From Patescibacteria group bacterium UBA3531 (lineage in GTDB: Bacteria; Patescibacteriota; Minisyncoccia; Phycocordibacterales; UBA3531): DNA of 64,000 nt. Made by a program: the position numbers and the translations under genes. Positions 1 to 9,507 of the stretch are shown here, piece after piece (position 1 is the stretch's first letter; every line of letters starts with the position of its first letter). The stretch is taken from contig DFOW01000001.1 of the NCBI GenBank assembly GCA_002376885.1, forward strand, positions 143,741-207,740, written 5' to 3'. The notes below the pieces were generated by a model. That model made no database searches and was not told the DNA's origin. It saw nothing but the letters and a program-made list of their open reading frames with translations.

Positions 1-1
1 A

Positions 2-541
2 AAACTTGTTTTTCAAAAGCACCGAAAAAGAATTTTCCCAGAATTATCTGGGAAAATTCTTGAGGTTGGTGTAGGAACAGGAAATAGTCTCGAATACTAT
101 ACAGACAAAGCAGATGTTACGGGGATCGATTTTTCTCCTAAAATGCTCGCACAGGCGCAAAAAAAACTCAACAAGCTCGGCAAACAAAATATTAAACTTA
201 TGGAAGGAGATATTGAAAATCTCCCCTTTCAAGACAATACATTTGATATTGTGGTAACTGCTTGTGTATTTTGTTCAGTACCCAACCCCATAAGAGGGTT
301 TAAAGAAGTTGCGCGAGTCCTAAAACCAAACGGTAAGGCAGTTTTTTTAGAGCATGTAAAAAGTAATAACTGGCTAATTGCCTTTATGCAAAATTTAATG
401 AATCCATTATCTGTACGAATTTTTGGTTTTAATATGAATAGAGATACAAGAAATAATATTGAAAAGGGCTCTCTTGCCGTTCAAAAAGACAAACACCTCG
501 CACTAGGAGATATTGTGAGATTATTTGTGTGCAGTAAATAA
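2..541 (+). CDS. class I SAM-dependent methyltransferase (UbiE/Methyltransf_11-like); 5' end outside window
   Basis: Frame open from window edge: ...ILEVGVGTGNSLEYY...GIDFSPKMLAQAQ...LKPNGKAVFLEHV; glycine-rich SAM motif I and UbiE-like downstream motifs. Confidence 0.7.
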   Translation, partial: KLVFQKHRKRIFPELSGKILEVGVGTGNSLEYYTDKADVTGIDFSPKMLAQAQKKLNKLGKQNIKLMEGDIENLPFQDNTFDIVVTACVFCSVPNPIRGFKEVARVLKPNGKAVFLEHVKSNNWLIAFMQNLMNPLSVRIFGFNMNRDTRNNIEKGSLAVQKDKHLALGDIVRLFVCSK

Positions 542-1134
542 CTTATACTTTCTACTGTAGAACATTTGAATACCCTCGTAAAAGCGGTAATTGGTATCAA
601 GGAAAACATAAACCTATTATTACGAAAGAACTATTTGATGAAGTTCAAAAGCAACTAAAAGGAAATACTCTTACAAGACAAAAAGAAAAAGAATTTGCCT
701 TCACTAAACTAATGAGGTGTGGACTCTGTGGATCGGGAATTACTGCCGATGAGAAGTTTAAGAAATTAAAGAATGGAGGAATAAATAGGCATGTCTATTA
801 TGGATGTACCAAAGTAAGAGATAGAAATTGTAAGGCTGGATATATTAACGAAACTGACCTTGTTAAACAGTTTGAGGGCTTGATAGATAAACTCGACATA
901 CATGAACTTGGTATTAAGGAGAAGATAAAAGAAGAAGTAGCACGATTTAAGAAGTTTCAGATGGCTTTATTAGGCAGAAAAGACCAAATAAAGGTTGAGG
1001 ATATAGATATACGAAATTATGCAAAGTTCATACTACAAGAAGGCAAGGATACAGAAAAAAGAGAACTCCTTAGTTACCTAAAAGGAACTATCGTGCTGAA
1101 ATATAAAATAATCTCCCTACTTACAAGAAAGTAG
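538..1134 (+). pseudogene. C-terminal fragment of a large serine recombinase (recombinase domain + zinc beta-ribbon), N-terminal catalytic domain absent
   Basis: Frame open from 538 with no start codon: ...WYQGKHKPIITKELFDEVQKQLKGN...LMRCGLCGSGITADEKF...YYGC, typical of large serine recombinase C-terminus; begins 3 bp before the upstream gene's stop codon. Confidence 0.55.
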
Positions 1135-1169
1135 TAAGCTCTTAAATTAATTGGAGAAAGTACATCTAC

Positions 1170-2945
1170 CTAGAGAACCGAACGAACATTTGCAATTATA
1201 GTTGCATCTGCTCCCAAGGCTTGGAGGAGATTCACGATGGCATCAACTTGGGACTGTGATAGTCCACTTGATCCTGATGAAGAAGGTGCTGTCGTTTGAC
1301 TGCTTGTATTCCCTGAAGTACCTGTTGATGTATTTCCTCCATTCCCATAAACCTCGTTTAGCTTTGCAATAGTTTGAGGACCAACAAGACCGTAGCCAGT
1401 TGAATCTGAAGTTCCACCGCAGATAATATTGTATTTACATTGAAAGTTTTGTACCGCTGCCTCAGTCAACTTGCCGTAATAACCACTGGTAATTCCCTCT
1501 GGATAGAGTTCAGCATCTCTTGCGAGAAATTCCTGAAGTCTCCTAACATCGTCATTATTCATTCCACGCCACAAATTGCGTGTAAAGGCTGTTCCTGTTG
1601 CCGGAGTAGTTACTATTGGAGTGGGAGTTACTGGTGTTATCGTTCCATTTGTTGAAGACGTTACCGACAAAGAAATAGCATTACTGGTCACACTTTTTTC
1701 TTCTTCTCCGGCGACGAGTCTCTGACGATCAACTACACGAAGGGAGTATAGGCCCGGACCAAAACCCCACTGTGGAACTGTCCACGTGACAGAATTTGAG
1801 GTACTTCTTGCATCATACAAGTTATCCATTCCTACAACCTCTACGTACATGCCCCCTGGGGTAAAATTAGAGCCATAAATTGTTACTGTGTCACCCGGCC
1901 CCACCTGTGATGGACTAACAGAAGTAATATTTGGAATAACTCGTACGCCACCAACGTCTGAAGCAATCATCATATAAACTCTATTACTTTTTGTCTCGGA
2001 TGCTTTCTCACCTATTTGAATCCAGTACGTACCAGCCGTCAAATTAGTAGGAACAATAAAACTTAGGGAAGTAGAGGTCAAAGAAGACGCACCTATTGTT
2101 TGTTGTGCGGTCAATGATGAACTTCCTACAAGTCCAAGTACTTCTACATATGAACCTTGTCCGAAATTATTACCATATAAAGTCATTACTTCGCCTCCCT
2201 TCGCAGAAATAGGAGAAGTTGAGTTTATGTTTGGGACAGATGGTGTGGTAAGTATTGTGAAATTAATAGGAGTACTATCATAATTACTATTCCCTCTGTG
2301 TGTAACCTTAAGCCAATACGAGCCAGAGCTCAAGCTTGATGGCACTGTAAAAGTAAGAGTGGTGTCAGTAATGTTAGTTGGCAGTGCCACCGGGCCGCTC
2401 CCAGAAGCATCGTAGATACTAATAAAGGAATCATTGTTAAACCGAGCTCCGTTAACAACCACTGTTTGACCCACACGCGCCTGGGCAGGCTCAATGGAAT
2501 GTATAAATGGTCTTGATGTCACTGGCAAAGAACCAGCGGTATTCGCTGATACCACTGTAAAAAAGTCGTCAGATTCATCGGTCACAGAACCATATCCAGT
2601 ATCATATCCACGAACACGTATCTTAAACTGTGTATTGATAGTATTTCCAACGTTGACTGTCCAATCATAGTAACCCGTATTGTCTATACTAGACACGATA
2701 GTATTTAGCGAGCCAGGCCCTCTAGACCAATCAAGATTCACCTTATCAATATTTTCACTTGCATCCCAAGTAATCCTGTACGTATCACCGGCAATAAGAG
2801 TTTCCCCACCGTTAGGAGTTTTTATCTCTATGTTTCTTGCACCGCCCTGCGCAAATGCATCCCCAGCAGAAAAAGCAATTGCCAATAAGCCAAAAAGGAG
2901 AACAATAAACGATAATATTAAAAAATGTGGTCTATTTACGATCAT
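1170..2945 (-). CDS. secreted or cell-surface protein: signal/TM anchor, Kre9/KNH-like Ser-Thr-rich module, repeated IPT/TIG-like domains, C-terminal peptidoglycan-binding (PG_binding_1-like) domain
   Basis: N-term hydrophobic segment; repeats PNI(N/T)S(T/V)SP...G..V.I.G.NF; C-term LWRGMNNDDVRRLQEFLARD...GYYGKLTEAAVQNFQ resembles PG_binding_1. Confidence 0.55.
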   Translation of the reverse strand: MIVNRPHFLILSFIVLLFGLLAIAFSAGDAFAQGGARNIEIKTPNGGETLIAGDTYRITWDASENIDKVNLDWSRGPGSLNTIVSSIDNTGYYDWTVNVGNTINTQFKIRVRGYDTGYGSVTDESDDFFTVVSANTAGSLPVTSRPFIHSIEPAQARVGQTVVVNGARFNNDSFISIYDASGSGPVALPTNITDTTLTFTVPSSLSSGSYWLKVTHRGNSNYDSTPINFTILTTPSVPNINSTSPISAKGGEVMTLYGNNFGQGSYVEVLGLVGSSSLTAQQTIGASSLTSTSLSFIVPTNLTAGTYWIQIGEKASETKSNRVYMMIASDVGGVRVIPNITSVSPSQVGPGDTVTIYGSNFTPGGMYVEVVGMDNLYDARSTSNSVTWTVPQWGFGPGLYSLRVVDRQRLVAGEEEKSVTSNAISLSVTSSTNGTITPVTPTPIVTTPATGTAFTRNLWRGMNNDDVRRLQEFLARDAELYPEGITSGYYGKLTEAAVQNFQCKYNIICGGTSDSTGYGLVGPQTIAKLNEVYGNGGNTSTGTSGNTSSQTTAPSSSGSSGLSQSQVDAIVNLLQALGADATIIANVRSVL

Positions 2946-3160
2946 GTTCTATGGACTAAAAAGCTATTAAACAAAATGTCGTCACTTTGTTTATACCATA
3001 TTTTATTGCTAGTGGTAAATAGTTTAGAGTTTAAAACAAAAAACCACCACTTAGGGCAGTTTTTTGTTTTGGCTACGGCACTCAGCCGGTATGCAATTTT
3101 TCAGAATAGTACTCGGCGTTGTTTCGACCCTCCTAGGGCGCTGAAACACCGCGCTCGAGT

Positions 3161-3235
3161 TGGCTGCCGGACTAGGACTCGAACCTAGATACCCAGGACC
3201 AAAACCTGGTGTCCTACCATTAGACGATCCGGCAA
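3161..3235 (-). tRNA. tRNA-Gln (anticodon TTG)
   Basis: Cloverleaf read by eye on minus strand: acceptor TGCCGGA/TCCGGCA, anticodon stem CCAGG/CCTGG with loop TTTTGGT, T-arm CTAGGTTCGAGTCCTAG, ends GCCA. Confidence 0.8.
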
Positions 3236-3245
3236 AATTTTTGGT

Positions 3246-4283
3246 TTATTTATCTTGCCCTATTACATCAACCAAGGCAAGTTCAAGAGGGAGCGAAGAA
3301 ATGTGTGCATACTTAATTTCTTCATATGCTTCAATCAAACGTCTCAACATACGGGGGAGTTCTTTTGCGTGTGGGTGGCTTCCAAGCGCTTCTATTTCTT
3401 TTGCTTGGTCATCTCCTAGTTCTTCCTCTAAACCTTCTTTAATACTGGACGAAAAAGAAACAAGCATGGCGTTTCTCATATAATTCATAATAAGACGAGC
3501 AAACAATTTCATGTCGGTATTTTTATTATTTGCTTTTTTGAGTGCTTCTATTCCCCTCTCTACCTCTTTATCAAGAATACTTTCTATATAATCAATCACC
3601 AGTTTGTGTGATGGTGCCCCTGTTAAGGACTCTACTTCATCACGAGTTATCGACTTGTTTTTTGTGAGACTCAAAACCTGTTCTAAATATCCTTGTGTAT
3701 CTCTAAATGATCCGTCTCCCAAGAATGCAATGAGTGACACTGCATCATCATCTATAGAAGTCTTTTCTGCTTTGGCGATATTCTCGATAGTTTTTTTGAG
3801 GATTTTTTCAGTCGGTTTTTTAAATATAAAACTTTGACACCGAGAGACGATAGTATCGGGAACTTTATGGAGTTCTGTTGTTGCTAAAATAAACACTACA
3901 TACGACGGTGGTTCTTCGAGTGTTTTTAGAAGTGCATTAAATGCTTCTTTCGTAAGCATGTGCACTTCATCTATTACATATACCTTATAAGGACTCGCAA
4001 AAGGAAGTGTGGCAACACCTTCTTTTAAGGATCTGATTTCATCAATCCCACGATTACTTGCTCCATCGATTTCATAAAGATCTTCAGGAGAAGTTTTTAA
4101 TTCACGCGCAAGAATCCGTGCAATGCTTGTTTTGCCTGTACCCCGCGGACCCGAAAAAAGATACGCATGAGAGATAGATTTATTTTTAAGAGAGTGTTTT
4201 AACGCCTCAACAATATGGTCTTGCCCAAGAACGTCATTTAAAGATTGTGGTCTGTATTTTCGATAGAGTGCAACTTGTTCCAT
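3246..4283 (-). CDS. dnaX: DNA polymerase III subunit gamma/tau (short form)
   Basis: MEQVALYRKYRPQSLNDVLGQDHIV...LFSGPRGTGKTSIARILAREL: Walker A and DnaX N-terminal signature; start moved to internal ATG (M21 of track ORF). Confidence 0.85.
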   Translation of the reverse strand: MEQVALYRKYRPQSLNDVLGQDHIVEALKHSLKNKSISHAYLFSGPRGTGKTSIARILARELKTSPEDLYEIDGASNRGIDEIRSLKEGVATLPFASPYKVYVIDEVHMLTKEAFNALLKTLEEPPSYVVFILATTELHKVPDTIVSRCQSFIFKKPTEKILKKTIENIAKAEKTSIDDDAVSLIAFLGDGSFRDTQGYLEQVLSLTKNKSITRDEVESLTGAPSHKLVIDYIESILDKEVERGIEALKKANNKNTDMKLFARLIMNYMRNAMLVSFSSSIKEGLEEELGDDQAKEIEALGSHPHAKELPRMLRRLIEAYEEIKYAHISSLPLELALVDVIGQDK

Positions 4284-4343
4284 GCGCGGATTATAGCACA
4301 AGAAGAAAGGGCCGTCCGAGGTCAACGTATTGCACGGACTCAA

Positions 4344-4531
4344 GGGCGGGTGAAGTTAGTGTAGCGCACGGCGCTAACGCGAGTGAGTGCAAGATGGGAA
4401 ATTGTTTTCGAATCTAATACATGGCACTCAAGGAAGGACTGGTAATGTCTCGCGAAAGATTTCTGTTCTCTGCGACGCGGGGTTGGCTGCACGTCAAACA
4501 GACAGGTTTCTAACACCAGACTCCGCGAGAG
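4344..4531 (-). ncRNA. long structured 5' leader of dnaX / candidate small RNA (possible SRP RNA locus by synteny), unverified
   Basis: About 85-nt hairpin closed by CUCUCGCG...CGCGAGAG downstream of a TTGCCA-16-TAGTAT promoter; SRP domain IV consensus not convincingly matched. Confidence 0.2.
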
Positions 4532-4559
4532 ATACTAGCATCTTTATAATTTATGGCAA
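4532..4559 (-). promoter_or_regulatory. sigma70-like promoter TTGCCA-16-TAGTAT driving dnaX leader
   Basis: Minus-strand TTGCCA (4554-4559) and TAGTAT (4532-4537). Confidence 0.4.
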
Positions 4560-4561
4560 CC

Positions 4562-4598
4562 AAAAACGCCCCCTTAGTTATGGGAGCGTTTTTACTAT
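4562..4598. terminator. bidirectional intrinsic terminator hairpin
   Basis: AAAACGCCCCC..GGGAGCGTTTTT flanked by A/T runs, directly after stop of minus-strand ORF 4595..4966. Confidence 0.5.
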
Positions 4599-4966
4599 TT
4601 TTTCTTTTTTGTTGTCTTTTTTCTAGTGGTTTTCTTTTTAGGAGAAACACGCTTTGCAATTTTTTTGTAGTGACTCTTTAGCTCGCGAGCAAGCACTGCT
4701 AAATCTTTATTATCAACATGCGCAAGTTTTTTATACTTTGTCTCTACTTTGTCGATAATTTTTTGGTAATCTTTTTCATCAAGGTCCTTAGCCTTCTCTA
4801 CTGCTTCAAGTGCTTCTGCTTTTGCTTTTAGCATCCATGCTTTTGCTTTTTTACGATTACTTTTTGCATTGTCTGCGCCGTACAAATAGTAAGCCCCTAA
4901 CGCTGCCGCTCCTACTGCAAGTAATTTTGCTCCTGTATGATGTGATTTCTTTTTTCTTCGTGGCAT
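4595..4966 (-). CDS. hypothetical lysine-rich protein with one N-terminal hydrophobic helix
   Basis: 123-aa ORF, KKK-rich termini, AVGAAALGAYYLY hydrophobic segment; no family recognised. Confidence 0.45.
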   Translation of the reverse strand: MPRRKKKSHHTGAKLLAVGAAALGAYYLYGADNAKSNRKKAKAWMLKAKAEALEAVEKAKDLDEKDYQKIIDKVETKYKKLAHVDNKDLAVLARELKSHYKKIAKRVSPKKKTTRKKTTKKKK

Positions 4967-5058
4967 CCCAATTAAAATTCTTAACTAATAACTTTTGTGG
5001 TGTGTGTTCGTCCCGTGGAATTTTAACGGGACAAGAATTATTTCCAGCCCAAGGCTGG

Positions 5059-5319
5059 TCAGCCTCGGGCTGATTTATTTCCCACAACGGTTTTTACTGC
5101 TTTCTTTACGGTTCGACCTCCTTTTTTAATATTTCTTCGTACAAAACCAATATCTTGTGCCAGATTATCTACTTCCTCACTTGCGCGTCGCGAGATTCGT
5201 TTTACATCTCGAATAATTCTTATGAGATATACAAGAAGCACCACAATCAAAATGGCAATAACCACTACCACAAAGGTTGTCGTGGCAAAAAAGATATCTG
5301 ACTTTAGTAACTCTGTCAT
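5059..5319 (-). CDS. small membrane protein (N-terminal TM + charged coiled-coil tail; DUF948-like architecture)
   Basis: 86 aa, TM FVVVVIAILIVVLLVYLI followed by basic/acidic helix; family not verified. Confidence 0.4.
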   Translation of the reverse strand: MTELLKSDIFFATTTFVVVVIAILIVVLLVYLIRIIRDVKRISRRASEEVDNLAQDIGFVRRNIKKGGRTVKKAVKTVVGNKSARG

Positions 5320-5324
5320 TGAAA

Positions 5325-6308
5325 TTATTGTATCACAGGTGTTTTTGTTGAGGTAAGAAAGTTCTCAATCTTCTCCTCCACCTCTTTTGCACTGTCTGCC
5401 TCCATAAGTTCCATACGTAACTCTTTGGCCCCATCAAAACCATTTACATAGGCCTTAAAGTGTCGCTTCATAACAGCAAAACTCTTTAGGCCTCCCATAA
5501 GTTCATCATAGAGTTTTGTGTGCTCAACAAGGGCACGGAGTATTTCTTCGTGAGAAAGATCCTCTCGATCAATATCTTTACTAAATAACCATGGGTTTCC
5601 GTAAATAGCACGGCCAAGCATAACCCCATCACATCCTGTCTCTTTAACTTTTTGGTGTGCATCTTTGATTGAAAGAGCGTCGCCGTTACCTAAAATAAGC
5701 GTATCCTTGCACGTCCCGTCACGGATTGCGACAATCTCTTTCATCTTCTCCCAATGTGCAGGAACTTTTGACATTTCTTTACGGGTTCGCAAATGCACGG
5801 TAAGAGCTGGGATATTCATTTCTAACAATTTTGGAATCCATGTTTGTATTTCATCGGTATTGTATCCAATGCGGGTTTTAACTGACACCGGCAAATCTCC
5901 TGCCCCCTCCATAGTTTTCTTAATGATCTCTTGTGCGAGTTCTGGATTTTTTATGAGTCCTGCTCCTGCTAATTGTTTTTCAACACTTCTATCAGGGCAT
6001 CCCATGTTGAGATCAATTCCATCAAAACCAAGCTCCTGTGCAAGTTGTGCTGTTTTTTTAAAATTCTCTGGTTTACCACCAAAAATCTGAAGCACTATTG
6101 GTCGCTCTTCTTCGGCGTAAACGATATCTTTTAAAATTCTTTTTTTGCCAACGCTCTGGAGTCCGTCGCACGAGACAAATTCGGTAAACATAACATCGGG
6201 TTTACCGCGCCGCGCAATAATAGCCCGATATGGCGGGTCAGTAACGTCTGCCATAGGTGCAAGCACCATAAGAGGCTTATTTAATTTCTCCCAAAATCCT
6301 TTCTTCAT
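5325..6308 (-). CDS. dus: tRNA-dihydrouridine synthase
   Basis: MVLAPMADVTDPPYRAIIARRG...FTEFVS.DGL and TIM-barrel Dus motifs; start at internal ATG (MKKGFWEKL) leaving a 4-bp gap to upstream gene. Confidence 0.8.
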   Translation of the reverse strand: MKKGFWEKLNKPLMVLAPMADVTDPPYRAIIARRGKPDVMFTEFVSCDGLQSVGKKRILKDIVYAEEERPIVLQIFGGKPENFKKTAQLAQELGFDGIDLNMGCPDRSVEKQLAGAGLIKNPELAQEIIKKTMEGAGDLPVSVKTRIGYNTDEIQTWIPKLLEMNIPALTVHLRTRKEMSKVPAHWEKMKEIVAIRDGTCKDTLILGNGDALSIKDAHQKVKETGCDGVMLGRAIYGNPWLFSKDIDREDLSHEEILRALVEHTKLYDELMGGLKSFAVMKRHFKAYVNGFDGAKELRMELMEADSAKEVEEKIENFLTSTKTPVIQ

Positions 6309-6312
6309 TTGT

Positions 6313-7389
6313 TTAGAATACAATTTCTTTATCCCAAAGAAGAGCTTCGATCTGAAATGTGCCATTCAAAAAGCTTGTACCTGGGGTATATGAGTGTATA
6401 CCAGAAGGGCCAATTTCAACAAGTAGGGTGCGTCCCATCATGGTTTCTGGGGAAAAATACTGGTCAAAAATAAAATTACCCAGACTGTAAGCAATAAGGC
6501 CATCGTTATATTCTTCTATCTCTTGTGTCACATGTGGATGGTGCCCAATAATAAGATCTGCACCGAGATCAATTGAGTTTCTTGCAAGTGTTTGTTGTCG
6601 TTTATTTGATTCAGGCTCGTACTCTTCGCCAAAATGATACGAGACGACAAGAATATCAACTTCTTTTTTAGCTAGTGGGATATACGTCTCAAGATTGCTT
6701 TGTGTTGCTAAATACACTCCCGCTTCATCTTTTTTTGAAGGAAGCCATGCTGGGCCAACGTCACTAAAAGCCAGGTATCCAATACGTATGCCTTCTTTTT
6801 CAATAATCGTTAGAGCGTCATTTAAATCTTCCTTCCCCCACCCAACAGAAGAAAGGCCCACGTCTTTTATATTGTTTACTGACTCATTAGCGGCGGCTGG
6901 CCCCCAATCCCCAATATGATTATTAGCTAAAGACAAAACATTAAACCCGGCCTCTTTGAGAACAGAAAGAGTCATAGGGTGCATACGGAAAGAATACAGA
7001 TTTCCAATCTCTTCTCCACCATAGGCAACAGGACCCTCTAGATTTCCAAACAAGATATCAGTTTTAGGAAATTTAATTTTTTGGAAAAGATATGAGTAAT
7101 CCCCGCCACGTTTGTCGACTGACGAGCGAACTCCTCTATCAAGCATAATGTCTCCCACAAAACCAAGTGTTATGGTTTCTTTTTTGGGCTCCTCTTTTAT
7201 TTCGGGGCGAACCAAAAGCGCTGTCTGACCCTCTTTATACGAAGGATTGTTTATTTGTGGTAATGCTTCTACTAAAGGAGCGAGTCGTGCCCCTGTCGCA
7301 CCATTTGCCTGGTAACTAACCTCAAGAAAAGAAAAAAGACCAAATAATGATATTGATACAACAATAAGTGCTACTTTCCCGGCATTCAT
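6313..7389 (-). CDS. CapA/PGA_cap family metallophosphatase-like protein, membrane-anchored
   Basis: N-term signal/TM; GFVGDIMLDRGV...LSLANNHIGDWG...GHHPHV motifs typical of CapA. Confidence 0.65.
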   Translation of the reverse strand: MNAGKVALIVVSISLFGLFSFLEVSYQANGATGARLAPLVEALPQINNPSYKEGQTALLVRPEIKEEPKKETITLGFVGDIMLDRGVRSSVDKRGGDYSYLFQKIKFPKTDILFGNLEGPVAYGGEEIGNLYSFRMHPMTLSVLKEAGFNVLSLANNHIGDWGPAAANESVNNIKDVGLSSVGWGKEDLNDALTIIEKEGIRIGYLAFSDVGPAWLPSKKDEAGVYLATQSNLETYIPLAKKEVDILVVSYHFGEEYEPESNKRQQTLARNSIDLGADLIIGHHPHVTQEIEEYNDGLIAYSLGNFIFDQYFSPETMMGRTLLVEIGPSGIHSYTPGTSFLNGTFQIEALLWDKEIVF

Positions 7390-8213
7390 TATTCTTTTTC
7401 TTTATAAAAAATCTTTTTACCAAATCGAGCGTCAATGTAATCAATCCCCTCCATCCATTGTGCTACTGTTCCTGTTCCGTTTTGTTTTACAACGTCTGAA
7501 CGAAAAAGGGTAAATAGATTGTCTGCAACAACATTTAAATCGTCGCCTCCATTAAATAACACTTCTGTTCCAACTTCCGTTATAAGCGCATAATCATTAT
7601 CGCTGCGTATATGTCCTTCTTTAAAAGCAATATCTTTTTTCAGCGAGTCTCTGATGGTAAAGAGAGGCAAGAGAGTTTCTGGCATGGCTACCTTCTCTCC
7701 TAAGGGTTTACTAACGGCACCATCTTTTTTAACAATAAAATATTCGTTTGTGCTCGTACCTACACTTCCAAAAATTGTTCCGTCTTCATCAAGCCGGTTG
7801 CACCCTGTATTGGTACACCATACAAGATTAGAGTTTCTTTCGATAAGAGAAACTTCTAAACTGGTTGGAGTTCTTAAGGGTGCGCTGATAGAAATTGATT
7901 CAATATAAGGCTCTTGCTCGATAAGTAGCGCAAGGAGATTTTGTTTTGGATAAATAAAATAATTCTTTTTGGGGAAAATTCCAATATATGAGGAAGAGAG
8001 TTCTTCTTCTATTGTTTCTTCAATGGATTGTGGGTTAATTTTTTCTGCCCCGCTTACTGAAACAGTTTGGATTGAAAGTGACGGCAAATGGGTAACCCAT
8101 ACGATCCCTCCAAATACAAGAACGACTAAAAGCCCCCCTAAAATCTTGAAAATTTTTTTTCTTTGTGAAGCTTTGGGGTCGTTCCGTCTAAATGACCGAT
8201 GAATCCCTGCCAT
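7389..8213 (-). CDS. FtsQ/DivIB-like cell-division protein (cytoplasmic tail, one TM, POTRA-like domain)
   Basis: Basic N-tail, TM LGGLLVVLVFGGIVWV, then IQTVSVSGAEKINPQSIEE POTRA-like segment. Confidence 0.45.
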   Translation of the reverse strand: MAGIHRSFRRNDPKASQRKKIFKILGGLLVVLVFGGIVWVTHLPSLSIQTVSVSGAEKINPQSIEETIEEELSSSYIGIFPKKNYFIYPKQNLLALLIEQEPYIESISISAPLRTPTSLEVSLIERNSNLVWCTNTGCNRLDEDGTIFGSVGTSTNEYFIVKKDGAVSKPLGEKVAMPETLLPLFTIRDSLKKDIAFKEGHIRSDNDYALITEVGTEVLFNGGDDLNVVADNLFTLFRSDVVKQNGTGTVAQWMEGIDYIDARFGKKIFYKEKE

Positions 8214-8215
8214 GG

Positions 8216-9472
8216 TTATTTAATTACGTCCTTTCCTAAATATTTTTGAAGCACCTCGGGCACACGAATGCTTCCATCTTCTTGTTGATTGTTCTCAAGG
8301 AGCGAAACAAGGATCCGTGGAGTTGGGATTGCTGTACTATTTAATGAGTGAGCGTATTGTTTTCCACCTTCGTCGTTATAACGAATATTAAAGCGTCGGG
8401 ATTGGAAGTCATGAAAATAAGACGCAGAGCTAATCTCTCGATATTTTTCTTCGCTTGGGACCCATAGTTCAATGTCATATTTTTTAACCTGACCAAGTCC
8501 CAAGTCTCCACCACAATTAGTGACCACCCTATAAGGAAGCCCAAGTGAGGTAATAAATTCTTCGGTGTTTGCATTCAGCCATTCGTGCCATTTAACTGAC
8601 TCTTCGTGACTGGCCTCACATAACACTACTTGTTCGAGTTTAAAAAATTCATGAACCCGAACAAGTCCTTTTGTATCTTTCCCGTAACTCCCTGCCTCAC
8701 GACGATAACACGGAGAGAATGCCAAGTACTTAAGAGGCAATTGTTTTTTGTCTAACGTTTCCCCTGCATGATATGCCATCATAGGAACCTCTGCTGTTCC
8801 TGAAAGATAATCATCGTCTTGTGTCACGTATAAATCTTCTGCTTCATTAGGAAGATGTCCCGTGCCATAAAAATATTCTTTTTTGACAATCGAAGGTGCG
8901 ATAAAAGGAGTAAACTCTTTTTTTAAGAAAAACTCTTGTGCATAGTTCCAGATCGCCCATGACAAAAGTGCGCCATCGTTCTTTAGGTAATATCCTCGAA
9001 ACCCATGAGCTTTACTCCCCCGTTCAAAATCAGCAAGAGAAAGCTGTGTTGCAAGTTCAATATGATTCTTAGGAGTGAATGAGAATTTAGGAATCTCTCC
9101 TACTTTTTTTAATTCTTTATTTTCTTCATCGGTTTTACCTTCAGGAACCGAGACATCAGGAATGTTAGGAACCTGAAGCATAAGGTCACGCCATTTTCCC
9201 ATAACATTTTTTAGTTTTTCTTCATCTTTTTGAAAGTCGTCTTTAAACGCCTTCATTTCTTTTATTTTCTTTTCTCGTTCCTCACCAGAGAGTTTTGCAA
9301 TCTCTTCAGTAACCTTATTTTGTTCAGCGCGTTTTTCTTCTACTTTTTTTAAAAGTTCTACTCTTTCGTCGTCCACCTTCAAGAGTTCTTTAACATCAAA
9401 TGACAGGTGCTTTTTTTGAGCCCCTGCCTGGACAAGATCTTTATTTTCTCGGATAAACTTAATATCCAACAT
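8216..9472 (-). CDS. serS: seryl-tRNA synthetase
   Basis: MLDIKFIREN... N-terminal coiled-coil arm plus class II core (FSPCYRREAGS, GLG...R...YNDEGGK). Confidence 0.9.
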   Translation of the reverse strand: MLDIKFIRENKDLVQAGAQKKHLSFDVKELLKVDDERVELLKKVEEKRAEQNKVTEEIAKLSGEEREKKIKEMKAFKDDFQKDEEKLKNVMGKWRDLMLQVPNIPDVSVPEGKTDEENKELKKVGEIPKFSFTPKNHIELATQLSLADFERGSKAHGFRGYYLKNDGALLSWAIWNYAQEFFLKKEFTPFIAPSIVKKEYFYGTGHLPNEAEDLYVTQDDDYLSGTAEVPMMAYHAGETLDKKQLPLKYLAFSPCYRREAGSYGKDTKGLVRVHEFFKLEQVVLCEASHEESVKWHEWLNANTEEFITSLGLPYRVVTNCGGDLGLGQVKKYDIELWVPSEEKYREISSASYFHDFQSRRFNIRYNDEGGKQYAHSLNSTAIPTPRILVSLLENNQQEDGSIRVPEVLQKYLGKDVIK

Positions 9473-9507
9473 TTTTTCATTCTAGCAGAAATGCTAGGAT
9501 AGTCACA

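Noticed and set aside
2925-3483. Plus-strand ORFs 2925..3188 and 3160..3483
   Set aside because: Overlap tRNA-Gln and the dnaX coding region on the opposite strand; no supporting signals.
4344-4531. Confident SRP RNA call in the dnaX leader
   Set aside because: GNRA-tetraloop/AGCAGCC domain IV signature not matched; left as low-confidence candidate only.
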